Positions 26,166-40,683 of a stretch of 64,000 bases of DNA are shown piece after piece. This stretch comes from Octopus sinensis (lineage: Eukaryota), in the NCBI RefSeq assembly GCF_006345805.1, contig NC_043004.1:23622001-23686000 (forward strand). The letters run 5' to 3'. The notes below the pieces were generated by a model. It saw nothing but the letters and a program-made list of their open reading frames with translations. It did no database searches and had not been told where the DNA came from. Positions within the stretch are counted from its first letter, which is position 1; the number at the start of each line of letters is the position of its first letter. Made by a program: the position numbers and the translations under genes.

Positions 26166-28039
26166 AACGAAAGACTGGGTCTTAGTCTTGACAGAAGTGA
26201 CTCTAAGGCCAAGTGGTTCCGCTTCCTCACTCAGTTAAGTGAAAGCGCTCCTTAAAACACCCAGAGACTCAGCATGAATAACTGCTAATTATACTGTTGA
26301 TGCAATTATTCAGAATCATGCATAAAAGTTATTTGCTATAGATACTTGAATTATCGATTTTATACTGGGAAGTGTTTAACATGGTTACATTTACATATTA
26401 CAAGCGAAACAAAACAAAACAAACCCCGGTTTGAATTAACTAGTCAAGAAGGCTGGATTCAAAAAAGACCCCCTTCCCCACCAAATAATAAAAAAAGCAG
26501 ATGCGATTAAGGGAAGTTTTGCTTTAGACAATATAATAAATTATAGTTTCTGTCTTAAAAGTTACATTATAGTGATGTTCTTCAAAAGTTCTTTTTAGCA
26601 GTCTTGGGGCACATTTCTTTCATCTGCTATCCAGACAAGTAAATGCAGGCATACGCTTGTAGTTTGTCTGCCACAGTATTGCAGTTAGCCAAATATTGGT
26701 ACCACAGGGACAGATAACAGTACCACATAATTCAACGCTTAGCCGCAAACACACGCCCCCACGCTCGAACACAAATAGATAAAAAGGATACAAATACTAT
26801 TAATGCTTAATGGCATGTCCTACTTACTAAGAAGAAAAAAATAAGTAAATAGATCTCTGCACATACAGATTTAAATAATACTGTTTGTGCTTTATATACA
26901 AAGATGAAAAGTTGAAAAAAGGATTTTCCCCTTCATACATTCATTCTAATAAGTAAATATAGATATCATTGTACCATAGCGTACACTTTCATAAAGATAC
27001 CAGAGTTTAAGAGTTCGTATTGAATGTTTCAAGAAAATATCTGACTGTAGAAGTCCGTTTGATATATGAATGTAGAGGTCCGTTCTGAAGGTTTCGTAAA
27101 ATGAGTTTTGAATAGTAATAGAATTAATTAGTATTTTCTCTCATAAATATTTTATTATATTTTTCTTTAAAGGTTTTCGAACTAGTGGTGGCATCTCATA
27201 AGCCAGTGTCTATTAATCAAATTTTCTTTAGATAATAACATACATAATATACATAATATCTCTTCTAAACAGAAATCATAACCTAGACTTCTCGGCATAC
27301 GAGCATACTACTGACAAGGAAATATGTGGAATCTCCCTTCTTGTCTAATGCCAGATAAGGCTAGAAATATTATATCTTTTGCTTATATCTCGAAAGGACG
27401 CCACATGGTTACGCCACTGGATATATTAGTTACAGTATTCCTATAGTAATTATTACCCGCTTCATTCCTATCTTTCCTAATCATATTAAATCCATCATAT
27501 TTGTATTCCACACTGCTACACTTATTTATTTTTTGCATCTTTCCAAACTGACAGTTCCGTATTCATTCTTCCTAATTTTTGCACTAGTATTAGTACTGTC
27601 AAGATGCATTATTATCCCACTCATAGGAATATATTTGATTTCTTTCACTATAGCTCACCCTATTGAGTGCTGAATTGTAGTAATCCGCAAGTGAGTTAAA
27701 AATGGTTTTACTTGCGAAAAGGTTAGATATTCTATGGTATATGTTACTAACTATCATATCTATAACAGTGCGGGGACGATTTGAGTTTCTACTAAAATAT
27801 CTTAGGTTTTCAGTAGATTTATGATATAGTGCCTATAAACCAGTATTCAGATCTAGTGATACATTAAGGAAACTAGCAAATCGGTAATTTGTTTCTGTTC
27901 TTTGAATGAAGTTAAATAGATATTTTTTTCCTATTTCTATCCAGTGAAAGGCGGAGCATTCCTATAAAGATCCCATTCCCATTAATTTAGAAAACAAAGA
28001 CTCATTGAAACAGAATATATATGCCTCAAAGAGATTTGT

Positions 28040-28340
28040 CACTTGCACCGAGTCAGTGGACTCCTGACAGTTTTCTATCATTTGGCTTGGCCTAAAGAAT
28101 TCATCTTGTGATTCTTCTCTGCAACATTCTAATCAGATGTCTGTAGCACATGAGCTGTGACCTCTCAATGCAAAGAAGTAGCGGCTTGATCTGGAGGGAC
28201 TTTCTGATCTTCAAGATATACAACCTGCTGAGTAACGTTACACTAGAGCTACTTTGAAGGTACCTTATTTTGGCCACTTGTATTTGCAATCGTACTCTTT
28301 CGGTCATTGCCCAAAATTCATGACCATAAGCTACTTCTGA
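28040..28340 (-). mobile_element. RTE-clade LINE remnant
   Basis: YGHEFWAMTERVRLQIQVAKIRYL...IKPLLLCIERSQLMCYRHLIRM. Confidence 0.8.
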
Positions 28341-29604
28341 TTGAACCATATGGAGGAGGTACAGGAGGACTCTACTTGCACGAACCTCCTAGAAATAGAG
28401 AGCAAAGAAGATGGATGGATAGATGGATGGAGTTATGCTGTGACGTTCCTGGGCTGGGAAATCTTTGCATGCTATGAGCAGGAAATTAATATGATGCCTC
28501 AAGATCGACCATTTTCCGAGAGGAAAGAAACTTTTTATGTGTCAAATCATTATTGAATGATCTCTCTTATATGACCGCTTTTAATTAATTTCTGACCTTA
28601 TTTAGAGAACAATTCCAAATGAACTTCAAATATTTATACAACATTTATAGTGTTATGTATCTATACAAACCTAATTGCTTTTAATCACAAGGACAATGTT
28701 TTAATTAGAATATGAACATGATATCCTGATATTAAAAAAAAACAGATCAATTAATCCATAAATTGATCCTTAACAGATATTTGTTCCCACTCAAATCGAT
28801 AATTAATCATATCCTCTCATATAATTGTCGTTTCGTTTCGAAGACGGTGGTTGGCAACATAGACAAAGTGCCGAACAAAATGTTTTGTGTGTAGTTATGT
28901 CCGTAAGTATTCTGAGCTCAAGCCTTGCTGGGGTTTGTTTCACAGCACCAGTCATGTACTGGGGTCAATTCCAATCAACTATAATATTTTTCCAGCGAAA
29001 ATATGTGTCCTCCCGCTAAAGTTAACAATATCAGATATAGGTTGAAAATGGTATCTTATTTCAGTTGTCGGATGAAATAATTTGCCTAATTTAAGCTAGC
29101 TTATTTCATAGATATGAAATATCTTGTTTAGTCTTCTCTAAAACACAGGGTTTTTGTAATTAATTTCCAGCAAAATTATCATATATTAATCATTTTACTG
29201 AAGAAATCAGATATATCCACCCAAAATTTCATTAATCCTTAATGGATCTTAAATCGTAAATTAGCTGTGAAAATTATGAATATTTGGACAATATTTAACA
29301 TTGGGCATTTTTGTATAACAATATGAAAGAAAGAATATAGTCGCATATCTTGTTTAAACGTGCTGGCATTTATATCTGAAATATATACATGCATACATAC
29401 ATACATACATACATACATACATACATACATACATACATACATACATACATACATACGTACGTACATACATACATACATACACACACACACATATATATAT
29501 ATATACAATATATATATATGTGTAGATAGATAGATAGATATATAGACAGATAGACAGATAGATAGAAGATAGATAGAGATAGAGATAGATAGATAGATAG
29601 AGAT

Positions 29605-29647
<43 letters not shown>

Positions 29648-30579
29648 GGCACCTCAGGGAAAATGTGACAGTTTTATCCAGTTAGCAAAAAGAGACATTG
29701 TTCGAACCGAATCAATGTGCTCCATTTAGTTTTGTTCTTAAACTGCTATTTAGAAATCTATAACTTCATTCATATTCGTGTTAGACATAATTAACTTAAT
29801 ATATAAATAAGCTTTGATCTTTCTTAAAATTAATTTACAGTTTTAAGTTATGGAAATTGAATTATAAGACAAACATTGCTTTGGATACAGTTTCCTGGTC
29901 GCTTGAAGAGTTTTACAAAATGCATTATATGTGGTTTGTTAACGAGGTCACAGGTGTAACACTTGTAAGCATCAAAAGGAAGAATAAACTTGGCAACTGA
30001 TGAGATACTCCAGTATGAAGAAACATGTGTATACACGAGCTAAACAGGGAAGCAGTGATTCTAATGAGAATTACAGCTTTATATATAGGTAATGAAATGT
30101 TGGTATGGTTCAACATTGTAATTAGTGGTAGAACTTTATTATTCCCTCAGCTTACATTTATTTATTTATTTACTTCTTTCTTTATTTATTAATTTGTTTA
30201 TTTATTTACTTGTCTTATTACTTCCGAATGTGTGAACAAGAATGTCATTGGTTACAAGTTTACAATCAGTCAATCAATTGTTCATTGCATTTCTGAGGTA
30301 ATAGTGATAAGCGAAGTGTATTTAACTCGATGCCGAACAAATCACTTAAGGGGTGTCGTTCATGAATCATTGGTTTTTACTATTTTACACGTCTATTTCT
30401 ATATCCTCCGCCGATGTACAACAGCAAAAAACAAACACTTAGCACACATACTCCCTCATATACATCTCACTACACCGGCACATGCATAACATATCACCTT
30501 CACGCCCACATACACCGGCACAATGTTCCTAATATTCACCGCGCCCATACACATATAAACACCACTACGTAATACTCGT

Positions 30580-30830
30580 CGGAGGCGCGTGGCTTAGCGG
30601 TTAGGGTGTCAGCATCATGATCATAAGATTCTGGTTTCGATTCCTGGATCGAGCGACGCGTTGTGTTCTAGAGCAAAACACTTCAATTCATGTTGCTGCA
30701 GTCCACTCAGCTGACAAAAATGAGTAACGCTGCGATGGACTGGCGTCCCGTCCAGCTGGGGAACACGTACACCATTGAAACCGGGAAACCGGGCCCATGA
30801 GCCTGGCTAGGCTTTAAAAGGGCGCATTTA
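30580..30830 (+). mobile_element. SINE family C, full length
   Basis: ggaggcgcgtggcttagcggttagggtgtcagc...ggctttaaaagggcgcat; homologue at 43452. Confidence 0.9.
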
Positions 30831-31204
30831 TTATTCTTTTTACGTAATACTCGTTACGTATACCTCAACGCCATAACACAAAAGAAACCTTTTCTCTACG
30901 ACAAGCTAAAGTGTTCAACAAACCAAGACTACATGTTATAATCAACTTGATCTTCACAAAACATTTGACTCAACTACCATACAGTCATAACCAAAAGCGA
31001 ATGCTCAATTGTTATTTTGAAAATTGTTTTTAAAATAATGCCACCAATATGAGTGTGTGTATGTGTATGTGTGCATGCGTCCGTGTGTGTGTATTTATAT
31101 ATTATATATAACAGTTGTAAATACGTACATATACATAACGTGTGTGTGTTTGTGAATATATACATATATATATATATACATATATATATATACATATATA
31201 AACA

Positions 31205-31525
31205 AACTCTTCGGTCACGATTGACCAAGGGATTACACTTAGAAAGTTCCCTTCCGAGGCACAAGCCGGAGTAAGGTTGTTTATGGAAGCCAAGCCGTCG
31301 CCCATGCATACCAGCCTCCCCTCCCCACGTCATCGATGTTATCCAAGGGAAAGGCAAAGGGGCCGATACAGCATGACACCAGTGACGTCGCAAATCATTT
31401 CTCAGATGAGTGAATTGGAGCAACGTGAAATTAAGTGTCTTGCTAAAGAATACAACACATTGCCCGGTCCGGGAATCGAACACATTACCTCATGATTATG
31501 AGCCCGACGTTCTAACCATTGAACC
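31205..31525 (-). mobile_element. SINE family C variant with a different tail
   Basis: Shared central domain (gagtgaattggagcaacgtgaaattaagtgtcttgc) with a distinct 3' region. Confidence 0.75.
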
Positions 31526-31892
31526 ATGAAATTTCATACACACACAAACGCACACACATGTATGTGCACATATTTATAAATTATATATATAAATACATAT
31601 GGTGGTAGTCCCTCGTAGACTACCATCATATGCACAACTGATTTTTTGATCGATGCCCAATTGTATATGCTGTACTTCCTCCATCAAGTCGACATTAGCT
31701 GAAACAGGTCCACAGAATACCACACATTAAGTGTCGAAGTCATGGTAGAGCTACCTATGATGAAGTATTTTTCTCAAAAGTGCACCATCCAGTCCAGGGA
31801 TTGAAACTACGATCTTGCGATCGAGAATGCAACACTTTAACCACTAGGCCATACTCACTCACTCACTCACTCACACACTCTCTCTTTCTCTC

Positions 31893-32202
31893 AAGACTTA
31901 TTCTTTGTAACCCTAGTACTTATTCTATTGGTCTCTTTTGCCAAAGTGCTAAGTTACGGGGATATAAGCACAATAGCATCTGTTGTCAAATGATGGGGAA
32001 GGGACAATTACAAATACACACAAATATATATATATATATACAACGGGCTTCTTTCAGTTTCCGCCTACTAAATCCACTCACAAAGCTTTGGTCGGCCTGT
32101 GGCTATAGTAGAAGACACTAGCCCAAGACGCCACGCAATGGTTCTGAACCCGGAACCATGTGGTTGGGAAGCAAGCTTCTTACCACACAGCCACACCTGC
32201 GG

Positions 32203-32250
<48 letters not shown>

Positions 32251-32492
32251 ATATGTATATATGTATATATGTATGTGTGTGTGTATATGTTTGTGTGTCT
32301 GTGTTTGTCCCCTCAACATCACTTGACAACCGATGCTGGTGTGTTTACGTCCCCGTAACTTAGCGGTTCGGCAAAAGAGACCGATACAATAAGTACTAGG
32401 CTTCTAAAGAATAAGTCCTGGGGTCGATTTGCTAGACTAAAGGCGGTGCTCGAGCATGGCTACTGTCACATGACTGAAACAAGTAAAAGAGT
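31893..32492. mobile_element. SINE family A minus copy (31893-32203) plus a plus-strand 3' half (about 32270-32492)
   Basis: Homology to the 890 element. Confidence 0.85.
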
Positions 32493-33780
32493 ATATCAGT
32501 ATATACATATGAGTATATCAGTCTGCGGGCACAATAGAATAAGTTCGCGGGTGTATTATAACGTTATCAACAAAGCATTAACTTCACTATAGAATCGCGA
32601 AGAAAATGTACAGTAATGTACATTTGTCTACGTAAAATGCTGAAATTATTCACAGAAGAATTCAGAAGCGGGTCGGCAAGAAATCTAATATCACTGAGTA
32701 ATCTAACCTTTTTCAAACATTATAAGTTAAAATTATAAGTTACAAGAAATATATTAACGTTACCTGTAAACTTCCCTTGGGACAATATTCTGTTAATAAA
32801 CACATATTTGGTGGGTCGATACAGCTTCCGATAAACCGAACAATATAGTCGCTGGATAAATCTTTCATCTGAAAAAAGGAAGTGAATTAATTGAATTTAA
32901 AATTGAATTAAAACAAGTACATAAGTTATATATAGGGATCATTTTAATCCGCATCATTATAGCCAAATCGGAGAAAGAAAGCAGCGATTAAAATACTTTT
33001 CAAGACCTTTAAAAGTAGTGGAAGGAATAGAGAATACTACCATCAGATCAGATATTTGAACAAAATGTTTACAAGAAGTGTTCCTCTGGAAGCATCCAAG
33101 GAACAGGATTTGGAGTAATAAACCCGGAGCTAGATTGAGTCTATCATATAAGAACAGAAAGAGATCATCCTACGAGGCCTCACACAGATTTTGTCTCCAT
33201 AATTTTGTCAAAGGTTTTTTGTTCGACCCTGGGATGTGATTAAAGACTTGCTCAAGGTACCATGCTGTAAGATTGAATTTAAAAGAACGTGACTACGAGT
33301 CGAATGTATTAACTACAGGACCATGACACCTGTGTTGACAGTAAATGCTGTGGATTTGGGTCTATACACAACCAAAGAAATATGAAAGAAATAAATGTTT
33401 CTCTTCACAGGACACAAAATTTCAGCATTTGTTTTGACCAAGTAATTTTTCCTACAACTTGATAGGAGAATGTGGACAAAAAAAGACGTTTTAAATAAGT
33501 TAATTAGATGTTAGTTCAAAATCCTTATAACATGCCTGTTTTTAATAAATTGTTACCACCTTATCTTATGTTCATTTTCTCCTTAATTACACTGAAGGAA
33601 TATATTTCTTGTTGTCTGGTGTTAGAGACATGTTTCCTGGTAGTTATGGGGTGCTGATTTAAAAAAATAAGATCCATCTTGTTCTACCAAGTCAAGAGTC
33701 ATAAGTCCATTTTTCAGAATTTCTAATATTTTCACCACTTCTAATGATAGATTTGGCTTCATCAAATGTAGGTACATATA

Positions 33781-34007
33781 CTCTTTTACTCTCTTTACTC
33801 TTTTACTTGTTTCAGTCATTTAACTGCGGCCATGCTGGAGCACCGCCTTTAGTCGAGCAAATCGGCCCCAGGACTTATTTTTTGGAAGCCTAGTACTTAT
33901 TCTATCGGTCTCTTTTGCCGAACCGCTAAGTTTCGGGGACGTAAACACACCAGCATCGGTTGTCAACAGATGTTGAGGGACGATCACAGAACAAAAACAT
34001 ATACACG

Positions 34008-34081
<74 letters not shown>

Positions 34082-34240
34082 CACATATATTCGACGGGTT
34101 TCTTTCAGTTTCCGTCTACCAAATCCACTCACAAGGCTTTGGTCAGTCCGAGGCTATAGTAGAAGACACTTGCCCAAGGTGCCACGCAGTGGGACTGAAC
34201 CCGGAATCATGTGGTTTAGTAAGCAAACTACTTACCACAC
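33781..34240 (-). mobile_element. SINE family A, full length
   Basis: Homology to the 890 element; internal (CA)n(TA)n. Confidence 0.9.
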
Positions 34241-34699
34241 ATCCACTCCTTCACATAATTTTGGAGCTTCACATAATTTTGAAAAACAGATTTTCAATAT
34301 CATTTAAAGTAAACGCAACAACAAAAGTAAAAATAAAATATTTGATTTCAGCATCATCAGTAAATAAAAAGCATCAGACTTGAGCAACTTACTTTTCAAT
34401 CTAACCAGTTTCAAATGTCATGATGATGACAGAAATGTCCTTTATACAATTAGATGTTAACAAACAACACATTTCTGTGGTCCTTGACATCATACATGTC
34501 TCATATTTATGAAACTGTAAGATATGCCCACATATTGCTTGATTTAGTGTGACTATCATTGCAAACCGGATGAGACATGATTGATTGAACCTTGAACTAT
34601 TTCGTATGAAAATTTGTATTTTGAATGCGACGTCACTTTTTATCACTCTTTGTCAAGCATAACCAAAGAACTGGAGAAAAAACTTCATGGTATGTATGT

Positions 34700-35541
34700 T
34701 CTTTACAGAACTTTGCCATCCCAAATCTGTATTTGCTTACTTCATAAATGTCTATTGCTATAATTGTGGATGTTACACTTTACCCAAGCAGCGAAACAAA
34801 ATCACAGATTTTGTGAAGAAAGCTTATCTTACTTTGGCATGAAACTGGGTGACCAAGACAAAGTGTGGGCATGCCTTATATTGTGTAAAATATGTGTTGA
34901 AACACTGAGACAGTAACAGTTTCAAATACTTAAGCAGAAAGTTTTCAGCTTTGTGTCAGGAAAAGATTAAGGTTGGTGTGTTTGACGAGCCACAGATTAG
35001 GTGACTATTGTAGGATGAGCAGTTTTTGGAGACCATGGCTGTAAAAGTACATTTCCTGTAGAATCCTGTGGACTACTTTCTTGAAAATCACAGTGCAGTA
35101 AGTGATGAGCGGGGAGAAAGATTCCACGAAGACATTAAGACCATGGAGACTAGGTATCAAGGCAGGTGGAGCACAAGCATGGTGGCTGACTAATGCTGGT
35201 CTCTCCCAAGAGACTTTACTGGGGCTAGTTATTCATGCAAAGCAGCAAAAAGAAACTTCGCTCGTTTAGTAGCTGAAATTTCAGTTTGACAGAAATATCT
35301 ATCCCAAGATGTGTAATTAAACATTTTGCGTAATATATTTGTTAAGCAATAGAAACTGCTATTTGGATTTGTGTTAGTTTCTGATTTCAGTATTGCATTT
35401 AATGGCAAAATTGAAAAATCGTCACGCACTTCACATGATAGAAAATTTCTGAACCCAGCACCATCAAATTAGGTAGGACTAATTATAAAAAGTAAAAAAG
35501 GAAGACAATTAAAAGTGTTTTTCGAAAATGTTGGCCCAGTG
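34700..35541 (+). mobile_element. Internally deleted Chapaev3-like (CMC) DNA transposon
   Basis: Frame-shifted fragments YTLPKQRNKITDFVKKAY..GMKLGDQDKVW, QEKIKVGVFDEPQIR, SAVSDERGERFHEDIKTMETRYQGRW; right end ...ggcccagtg (CAGTG). Family name is from recall, not a search. Confidence 0.7.
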
Positions 35542-35577
35542 TTCTCAACAAAGTAATAAAAGCAGCTGAACAATCCT

Positions 35578-35763
35578 AGGCGTAGGAGTGGCTGTGTGGT
35601 AAGTAGCTTGCTTACCAACCACCTGGTTCCGGGTTAATTCCCACTGCGTGGCACCTTGGGTAAGTGTCTTCTACTATAACTTCAGGCCGACCAAAGCCTT
35701 GTGAGTGGATTTGGTTGACGGAAAATGAAAGAAGCTCATCGTATGTATATATGTATATATATG

Positions 35764-35808
<45 letters not shown>

Positions 35809-35811
35809 AAA

Positions 35812-35857
<46 letters not shown>

Positions 35858-36060
35858 TTGTGTGTCTGTGTTTGTCCCCCAACATCGTTTGACAACCGAT
35901 GCTGGGGTGTTTACGTCCCCGTAACTTAGCGGTTCGGCAAAAGAGACTGATAGAATAAGTACTAGGCTTCTAAAGAATAAGTGCTGGGGTCGATTTGCTC
36001 GACTAAAGGCGGTGCTCCAGCATGGCCACAGTCAAATGACTGAAACAAGTAAAAGAGTAA
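35578..36060 (+). mobile_element. SINE family A, full length
   Basis: aggcgtaggagtggctgtgtggtaagtagc...gaaacaagtaaaagagt. Confidence 0.92.
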
Positions 36061-36689
36061 ACCCAGCCGTATTTCTTACAGAGCAACATTACAACTGTGC
36101 TTATTCAGAGAGCAAGCTGTAGAAAATAAACTTGACGTGATAGAAGAAGACTGAGCGTAGTTTTGAAATCAGCATGTCAATGTTATTATTCTAAATAAAG
36201 TGTAAAAGCAAACTAATCAGAAATTATGTTCAAAATTGTTGTCCTGCGCCATGCATCTACATATGTATACGCGTGTAAACACACACAGATTGATTAAAAA
36301 GTCATTTTAGCATTTTAATTTTCTTTATCATTTAAATGCTAGGACGTGTGAATTAAATCCACACACACACACACACGCACACACACACGCACACACACAC
36401 ACAAACACACACATTGTGGCAGAGAAAGAAGAAACGACTCTTTTCAAATCAATAGTATTAAAAAAAAAATTTTATTTATTTCCTTCTTACAACGTTTCAA
36501 ACGTGCTGCAAATATTCATTGGCACAATTACATTACATTAATATTTTCAGTAATACGGGATACCCAGAACAGTCGTAAATCGTAATGTTTCAAGCTAACG
36601 ACAGAATGAGTAATTTTCAAATAATCAACTTTGGGTTCAGTATAGTTAGAATTATATATATATAAAAAAAACATGATGATCAAATATGA

Positions 36690-36724
<35 letters not shown>

Positions 36725-36799
36725 ACATACATACATACATACATATACACATACATACATACATACATACATACATACATACATACATACATGCATACA

Positions 36800-36880
<81 letters not shown>

Positions 36881-36884
<4 letters not shown>

Positions 36885-37056
36885 CAGTTTTTGCTAGAAT
36901 GTCCATTCTAGCAAACTGTCTGATGAACGGCAACGAGAAACTCAGAGTAACAGATTTTGTTGAATTTTCTGCTGCTTAAAATAAAGCATATTACTCTACC
37001 ACTGGTATTTGAGTACTCTTTTTTCCACCTTGTTTCACATTTATGTGTTTACTCCG

Positions 37057-37060
<4 letters not shown>
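36881..37060 (+). mobile_element. Short fold-back, hammerhead-bearing element between (AT)n tracts
   Basis: Hairpin cagacagtt..gctagaatg-tc-cattctagcaaactgtctg overlapping the ribozyme 5' strand; (AT)n on both sides. Confidence 0.7.
36916..36953 (+). ncRNA. Minimal type I hammerhead ribozyme with weak stem II
   Basis: Stem I ctgt/acag; CUGAUGA 36920-36926; a-cg-GCAA-cg-a; GAAA 36937-36940; ctc-a-gag stem III; GUA triplet. Confidence 0.6.
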
Positions 37061-37091
<31 letters not shown>

Positions 37092-38873
37092 TATATATAT
37101 ATATATATAAGCATCTTATAAAAAAGTGGCTATTTTGAAAATGATTTACGAATAAACATCTATTTGGAAAATAAAACATTTTATTGGTAATTTTTTAAAG
37201 TTAGAGCAGATAATATATTTTGTAAAGTAAAGCACACCTTGTGTGTGTGTGTGTGTGTTCGTGTTTGTGTGTGTTTGTGTGTGTGTGTATGCGAGTGTGC
37301 GCATGTGATTATACTTATGTGTATATACATTATACATGCACATACACTGACTGTGCTTTTAATTACTTTACAAAATAAAATATTTGTTATAGCTTTAAAA
37401 AAAATTGCTAATAGTTACTATGAAAAATTATTTTCCAGATTATATGTATATACATAAAATTAATGCTTATTTTCAAAACTTTTATCACTGGCAGCAATAT
37501 ACGATTCCATTCTATCAAGTTTTTGTTCTCTCTTGCAAAGAAAGCATGTCTTATAAAATTTAATATTACATACTGTGTTTCAGAGTTAATTGTTTTCTCT
37601 CAAATCTAAAAATGGTTGCTACGATGATCATTGTAAGCTGTGTTGTTAAGGCAGAGCCAAAGAAATAAATCTGAAGCAAGAAGACCCGTAAACCTTACTG
37701 GTTATTTTAGTTCTCGTCCTCGATTACCAAATCACGTTTTAGCGATATTTTGACTAAGTCAATTTCCGACAGGTATTAAAAGGCCACTCAAAAAGAAAAA
37801 AAAAAAGTTATGTATATTTAACAAACATTATCCACTGGCTGGATCGTAAGAAAAAAAAAAAAGAAACGTGCGATCAGGTTTCCACAATCAATTTCTGCCC
37901 ACACAATAAACACACAGAAAAGATACTTTCTTGGTTGTTATATTCAATTGATTTTTCAGTTGCAGAGTAAACACTATTGTGTCTGCTAACAGTTCCAACT
38001 ATTGTAAAAGTTACTTCAGTTGATAGATGAAATGATCAAATACATTTTATTCATTTGCTCAATCATAACTTCAATCATTATTTTCACTCAACTCTTGATG
38101 TTTATTATTATCATCTCCTTTCAAGCTTTGCATAAATCTTGTAACGCAACGTCTCAGTTTTAGACATTTTATGATGTTTTGAATCATAACGAAGGCTTCT
38201 TATGATATTTCAATGACACTTTACTCAAAGATATCTGAATACAGAATTAATCTAGCTATTATCAGAGACTGATGATTTACCTCACTTGACAACGCAATGG
38301 GTCCCCGATGCTTTGAAACACCATCCAGTACACTTCCAATCTTTTGCATTACACATACATGCAAACACACACACACACACATACACACGCACGTACGTAC
38401 ATCCATCCATCCATATATATACATACACACACACACACATACAGATAGATAGGTAGGTACATACATACATATGAATACGTATAAGGATATATATGTATAT
38501 ACACGCGCACACTAGCACACACACGCACACATACACACACACATATACATGTACAGATTTGTCTACATAATTATATTCACCCAACGAAAAGGACTATTAG
38601 TACACGCGAGCTAGTTAATTATTAATAATCAAAATATGTATTTCATTATGTAATATATTAAGAATCCCAATGTGAATTCAATTATATTTTTATAATATTT
38701 TAGTATTAATATTAAAGTTAATTATCTTCAAGATTGAAAATGAAAATGGAGAAAGAGAAATGTCTATAAAAAAAAAAAACAGTGAAATCGAAACTAAAAC
38801 GTTATTTCTACTTTAGGTATTCGCTAATTTAATGATGCTACAGTTTAAATGTAATTCCTGGATGCAACATATA

Positions 38874-40143
38874 TTGGGTTAGCAAGAAAGTAATTATGGT
38901 ATTTTTATGTGAAATAAGTCATTTTTTTTCCTTACAAAGAGTAAACGTTAATCGGTTATATATTTTCCATTTTGTTCGATAACATTTTTGCCATCATTCT
39001 AGAAACTTCATGATTCCGCGCTCATAGAACTTCTGGTCCTTATCAGCCCCAAACTGAAGCAACTACGATTTTAAGACATTATCATTATGGAAAGTTTTAC
39101 CATACAAAGAATTTTGCAAACTTCGAAATAAATGATAATCTGATAGTACAAGGTCTGGGCTATATGGTAAATGTGACATCACTTCCCAAGCTCTAGTAAT
39201 TTTTCACGAGTTAGCAAAGATGTGTGTGGTCTAACGTTGTCATGGTGGAACACGATTCCTTTACGATTTACCAGCTCTGGCCGTTTTTCTTTGATTGCTT
39301 ACTCCAGTCTCATTAGTTATTGACAGTAAACATATGCATTGATCGTTTGGTTCCTTGGAAGCAGCTCAAAATATACAACACCTTTGTAATTCCACCAAAT
39401 TGACAACATGGCCATTTTCTGATGCAATTCAGTTTTCGATGTGGTTCGTGCTGGTTCATTACGCTTAGACCATGAACGTTTCCGAATGATGTTATTGTAG
39501 ACAATCTATTTTTCCTCACCATTGATGATTCGTTTAAAAAGAAAGGCCGATTTCATTGCATTTGAGATGTCTATCGCAAATATTGATTCGTTGCATTAAG
39601 TGAATCTCTTTCAATTTATATGGAACTCAAACATAAGCTTCTTAACGAGTCCAAGATATTTTGAGTGATTTTCAATTGTTGTATGTAATACATTTACCCT
39701 CTCTGCAATCTCTCGCTCAGTTATATGATAATCAAATTCAATTATGGCTTTGATGCGGTCATCATCAACTTCAGTAGGTCGACCAGAAGGTTGAAAAATC
39801 TCCAGAACCGAATTTTTAAAACCATTTCTTACATGTACGTTCCGTTAAAGCAATCAACACTATAAACATCGCATATCTCTTTGTGAGCCTCAGCAGCTTT
39901 TTTCGCTTTTATGGAAATAAAAAAGCAAAATATGAAGAAAATGTTCGTTTTTGTACTCCATGTTAAAATTGGCGCTGAACTAACAGCTGTAAACAAAATT
40001 AAGTGCAATTTGCTTCTAAAGTAGCCAACAGTAACGGCTATCAAGTGTCAAAAGGAAAAAAATGAAAACATTGACAAAAGTCATTATAAAAATCTTAACT
40101 CAATCTATTTGCGAAAAACAAAATTACTTACTTGCCAACCTAA
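38874..40143 (-). mobile_element. Full-length decayed mariner, about 1.27 kb
   Basis: Imperfect TIRs ttgggttagcaagaaagtaatt and the reverse complement of aattacttacttgccaacctaa; TA flanks; minus-strand PYSPDLVLSDYHLFRSLQNSL with many stops. Confidence 0.9.
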
Positions 40144-40195
40144 TACGATTGCATACGTAATCAAAACTTGTCGCATACTGAGCGCATCCTTCTCA

Positions 40196-40207
40196 TCTAT
40201 CTATCTG

Positions 40208-40284
<77 letters not shown>

Positions 40285-40307
40285 ATATCTATCTATCTAT
40301 CTATCTG

Positions 40308-40359
<52 letters not shown>

Positions 40360-40360
40360 C

Positions 40361-40415
<55 letters not shown>
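40196..40415. repeat. (TATC)n microsatellite
   Basis: Direct reading. Confidence 0.95.
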
Positions 40416-40417
<2 letters not shown>

Positions 40418-40431
40418 ATATCAAAGAAGTA

Positions 40432-40625
40432 ATTTCTACTCTTCTCCTCTGGAAGCCATCTACTCGCAACACCAGAGGGCGCACACTCTCCTACCCTGAT
40501 GTAATCTCCAGGGATACAGGCATCCAGCAACAGGACCTCCGTAATGCTATGATGGACCGTGAAGTCTGGCGCAACATGGTAAATTCCATTGTCTCGACCA
40601 CGGTCGGACAATGATGATGATGATC
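40432..40625 (+). mobile_element. 5'-truncated RTE-like LINE 3' end with (TGA)n tail
   Basis: [26 protein letters not shown]...[12 protein letters not shown] followed by tgatgatgat; open frame suggests a young insertion. Confidence 0.8.
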
Positions 40626-40683
40626 TATCATATGTTCTACAAAGTGAAATGCAATTTATACCTGAATATTATATTCTACAGTA

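Noticed and set aside
28825-29019. ORF with apparent splice sites
   Set aside because: The sequence looks like a decayed SINE B head.
29848-30116. Minus-strand possible exon, and a CTGATGA..GAAAC motif at about 29997
   Set aside because: No recognisable protein or good donor site; the ribozyme-like motif lacks stem I and has a displaced GAAA.
30580-30660. tRNA-like head with A and B boxes (also 43452 and others)
   Set aside because: No complete cloverleaf; it continues into a SINE body.
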